Of a DNA stretch of 64,000 nt, positions 62,225-64,000 are shown piece by piece (position 1 is the first letter of the stretch; every line of letters starts with the position of its first letter). The stretch lies in NCBI GenBank assembly GCA_039621445.1, contig CP154954.1:22270954-22334953 (forward strand), written 5' to 3'. The notes below the pieces were generated by a model that saw nothing but the letters and a program-made list of their open reading frames with translations, was not told where the DNA came from and did no database searches. The translations under genes were made by a program, and so were the position numbers. This DNA is from Euglena gracilis. Its lineage: Eukaryota.

Positions 62225-62515
62225 TATACTCCACCACTGAGCTATTCGCTTTTTGGTGGATTTCACATTTCCGACACATTTTCTTTTAAACACTAAAACA
62301 AACTCTTCTGAAAAAGGAAAAATGTCCAAAAAGGGGGCGACCGGGGATTGAACCCGGGACCGTAGAGTTGTTACCCTTATGCTCTACCACTAAGGTATTC
62401 GCCTTCTGACCACACATTCCTTTTTGACACAATACCAGACTCTTCTGAAAAAAAGGAAAAAGTCCAAAAGGGGGCGAACCGGGATTGAACCCGGGACCAT
62501 ACGGTTGTAACCGTG
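62225..62515 (-). repeat. Tandem ~135-bp units carrying tRNA-like sequences (62333-62405 near complete, 62470-62515 partial)
   Basis: AGTGGTAGAGCA ... GGTCCCGGGTTCAATCCC..TCGCCCCCTTTTGGAC repeated, each followed by oligo-T. Confidence 0.6.
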
Positions 62516-63249
62516 AATAGAGGCCCGGCGCCTGCCCTGTTTTTCGTGGGTGTGAACACGGAAAACAGGGCATATTTTCAATTCACGAAAATATGCCCTG
62601 TTTTTTGTGAACAGGTATTCACGAAAAACAGAGCATATTTTCGTGAATAGGAATTTTAACTGAAATGAAAAACAAAAACCTAAACATGAAAAAGGAACAT
62701 CTGATGCAAAAAAACTGATTGCTTTGAAATAAAATCAGAGCAAATGGATGACAAAACAACACACGGAGGTGTGACGAAGTCGGAGCATGACCAGTGCAAC
62801 GACAGACAGCACAATGCTGTGGATGGTCAGAGGGAGACACACTAACGGGGTTTGCACGAATGACACATCCACGACCCATGTTTGGGCTCGTGGCACAAAT
62901 TCACGCAACACCAATGGTAAGACAAGGAGCACACGTCACATTGCACACGATTCATATCACGACAAGGAGAACGCGGGGGAACAACCACACCACATCGGGC
63001 GCAGGCGGGGGCGGAAGGCACAAGGCGGCGTTTTTGGAGGGAGGGGCAGTGGCGGACGTGGACACGGCAACGGAAGGAAAGACAGAGGGCAAGTCAGAGA
63101 GGTCCTGTGCCACGTCTGCCCCCTCCTCCGCCGGCGGTGCCTCCCACGCCAGCCGCCGCGCCCACTGCTGGCGGTTGCGTTCGACGGCGTCATCGTCATC
63201 ATCCGACTCCAACTTGAAGTGGATGTCCCGCGACCATGCACTTCGAGAT

Positions 63250-63955
63250 GGCTGCGTCAGCGGAACCCAGTCATCATCCTCCTTCACAAGGATGTAGTTT
63301 GGTTGGATTGGTCTGAGGATAAATGGACTGAGGTGTATGCAGTTAATGCTGTGGTGGCATACGGTTCAGGTTGCTTCTTATCCGGAGGCGGTTCAGATAC
63401 GGTTCAGATCAATTTTTGCAGTTGTGGGAGTTGCGTGTCAGAGGATGGCACAAACGGGGTTTCTGGCTGAGATGAGGCATGGATGCGGGCAACTGCGTTC
63501 AGATAGCCCCTGAACGTGGATGCTTTCAATTGTCGGAATTTGAATTGATGGCCACATTGTACCCGGCGTTGGTCCTCGCATTGTTTGATAACCGCTTGCC
63601 CATCAAACAACAGAGGAGGATCAAGCGCCCAAGCCGCCCAAGCACAAAGGAAGGCATCCAATTCGTCATAGACAGCGCCAAGGGCATTGCAGACCTCCTC
63701 AAATTCAAGGAGATGTGCCAAAGCCGATTGCTCTGTCCCTTCCGAACCGGACGCTTTCTTTTTGGTAGCCTCCGCCAGAAGGTTGCCATGCAAGGGGTCA
63801 ACGGCAGGGTTCTTTCTTTTGTCCCATCCCTGCTTAATTGTGGCCAAAAATTCAGCAACTTTTGGGGGTTGTGGCAACATTCGGTCCATGGTGTTTGCGG
63901 CTTTCTTCGCCATTTTTGCAAGAACAGACTGAGGAACAACACAAGCAGTGTGCAT
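63250..63955 (-). pseudogene. Possible tyrosine-recombinase-type (Crypton/DIRS-like) N-terminal remnant
   Basis: LKASTFRGYLNAVARIH resembles the T...Yl.av...H motif of the integrase core-binding domain. Stop at 63404; no catalytic domain seen. Confidence 0.3.
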
Positions 63956-64000
63956 AAAATACTGACCCTCTGTTATCCATTAGGCTCTAACCCCCCCCCC

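Overview
Eukaryotic, repeat-rich DNA. The intron architecture points to a euglenid (Euglena-like) nuclear genome (inference). The minus strand carries a very long multi-exon gene (four RRMs, probably continuing into a VIT-like domain). Its fourth RRM appears split by a ~27 kb GT-AG intron containing a whole second same-strand gene (HAD-like N-terminus plus actin-fragmin-kinase-like C-terminus). Many introns are non-GT-AG and follow the pattern exon|NNN-CAG...CTG-NNNNN|exon. The youngest-looking ones are hAT-like MITEs with terminal inverted repeats (TIRs) and perfect 8-bp target-site duplications (TSDs): the 3+5 nt offset removes exactly one TSD and restores the reading frame, i.e. an introner-like system. 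One such 14.4 kb intron hosts an 11.3 kb TIR element. That element encodes an Academ-like DDE transposase and a ParB/Srx-domain protein, and carries 17 exact plus about 12 variant copies of the palindromic motif GCGCA-NN-TGCGC (possible parS-like sites). The right end is a transposon graveyard: a rearranged DD37E Tc1-like element, a partly inverted CRE-like retrotransposon, a hAT/BED element with tRNA-like cloverleaves, and a possible tyrosine-recombinase remnant. All splice models were made by eye and need RNA-seq.
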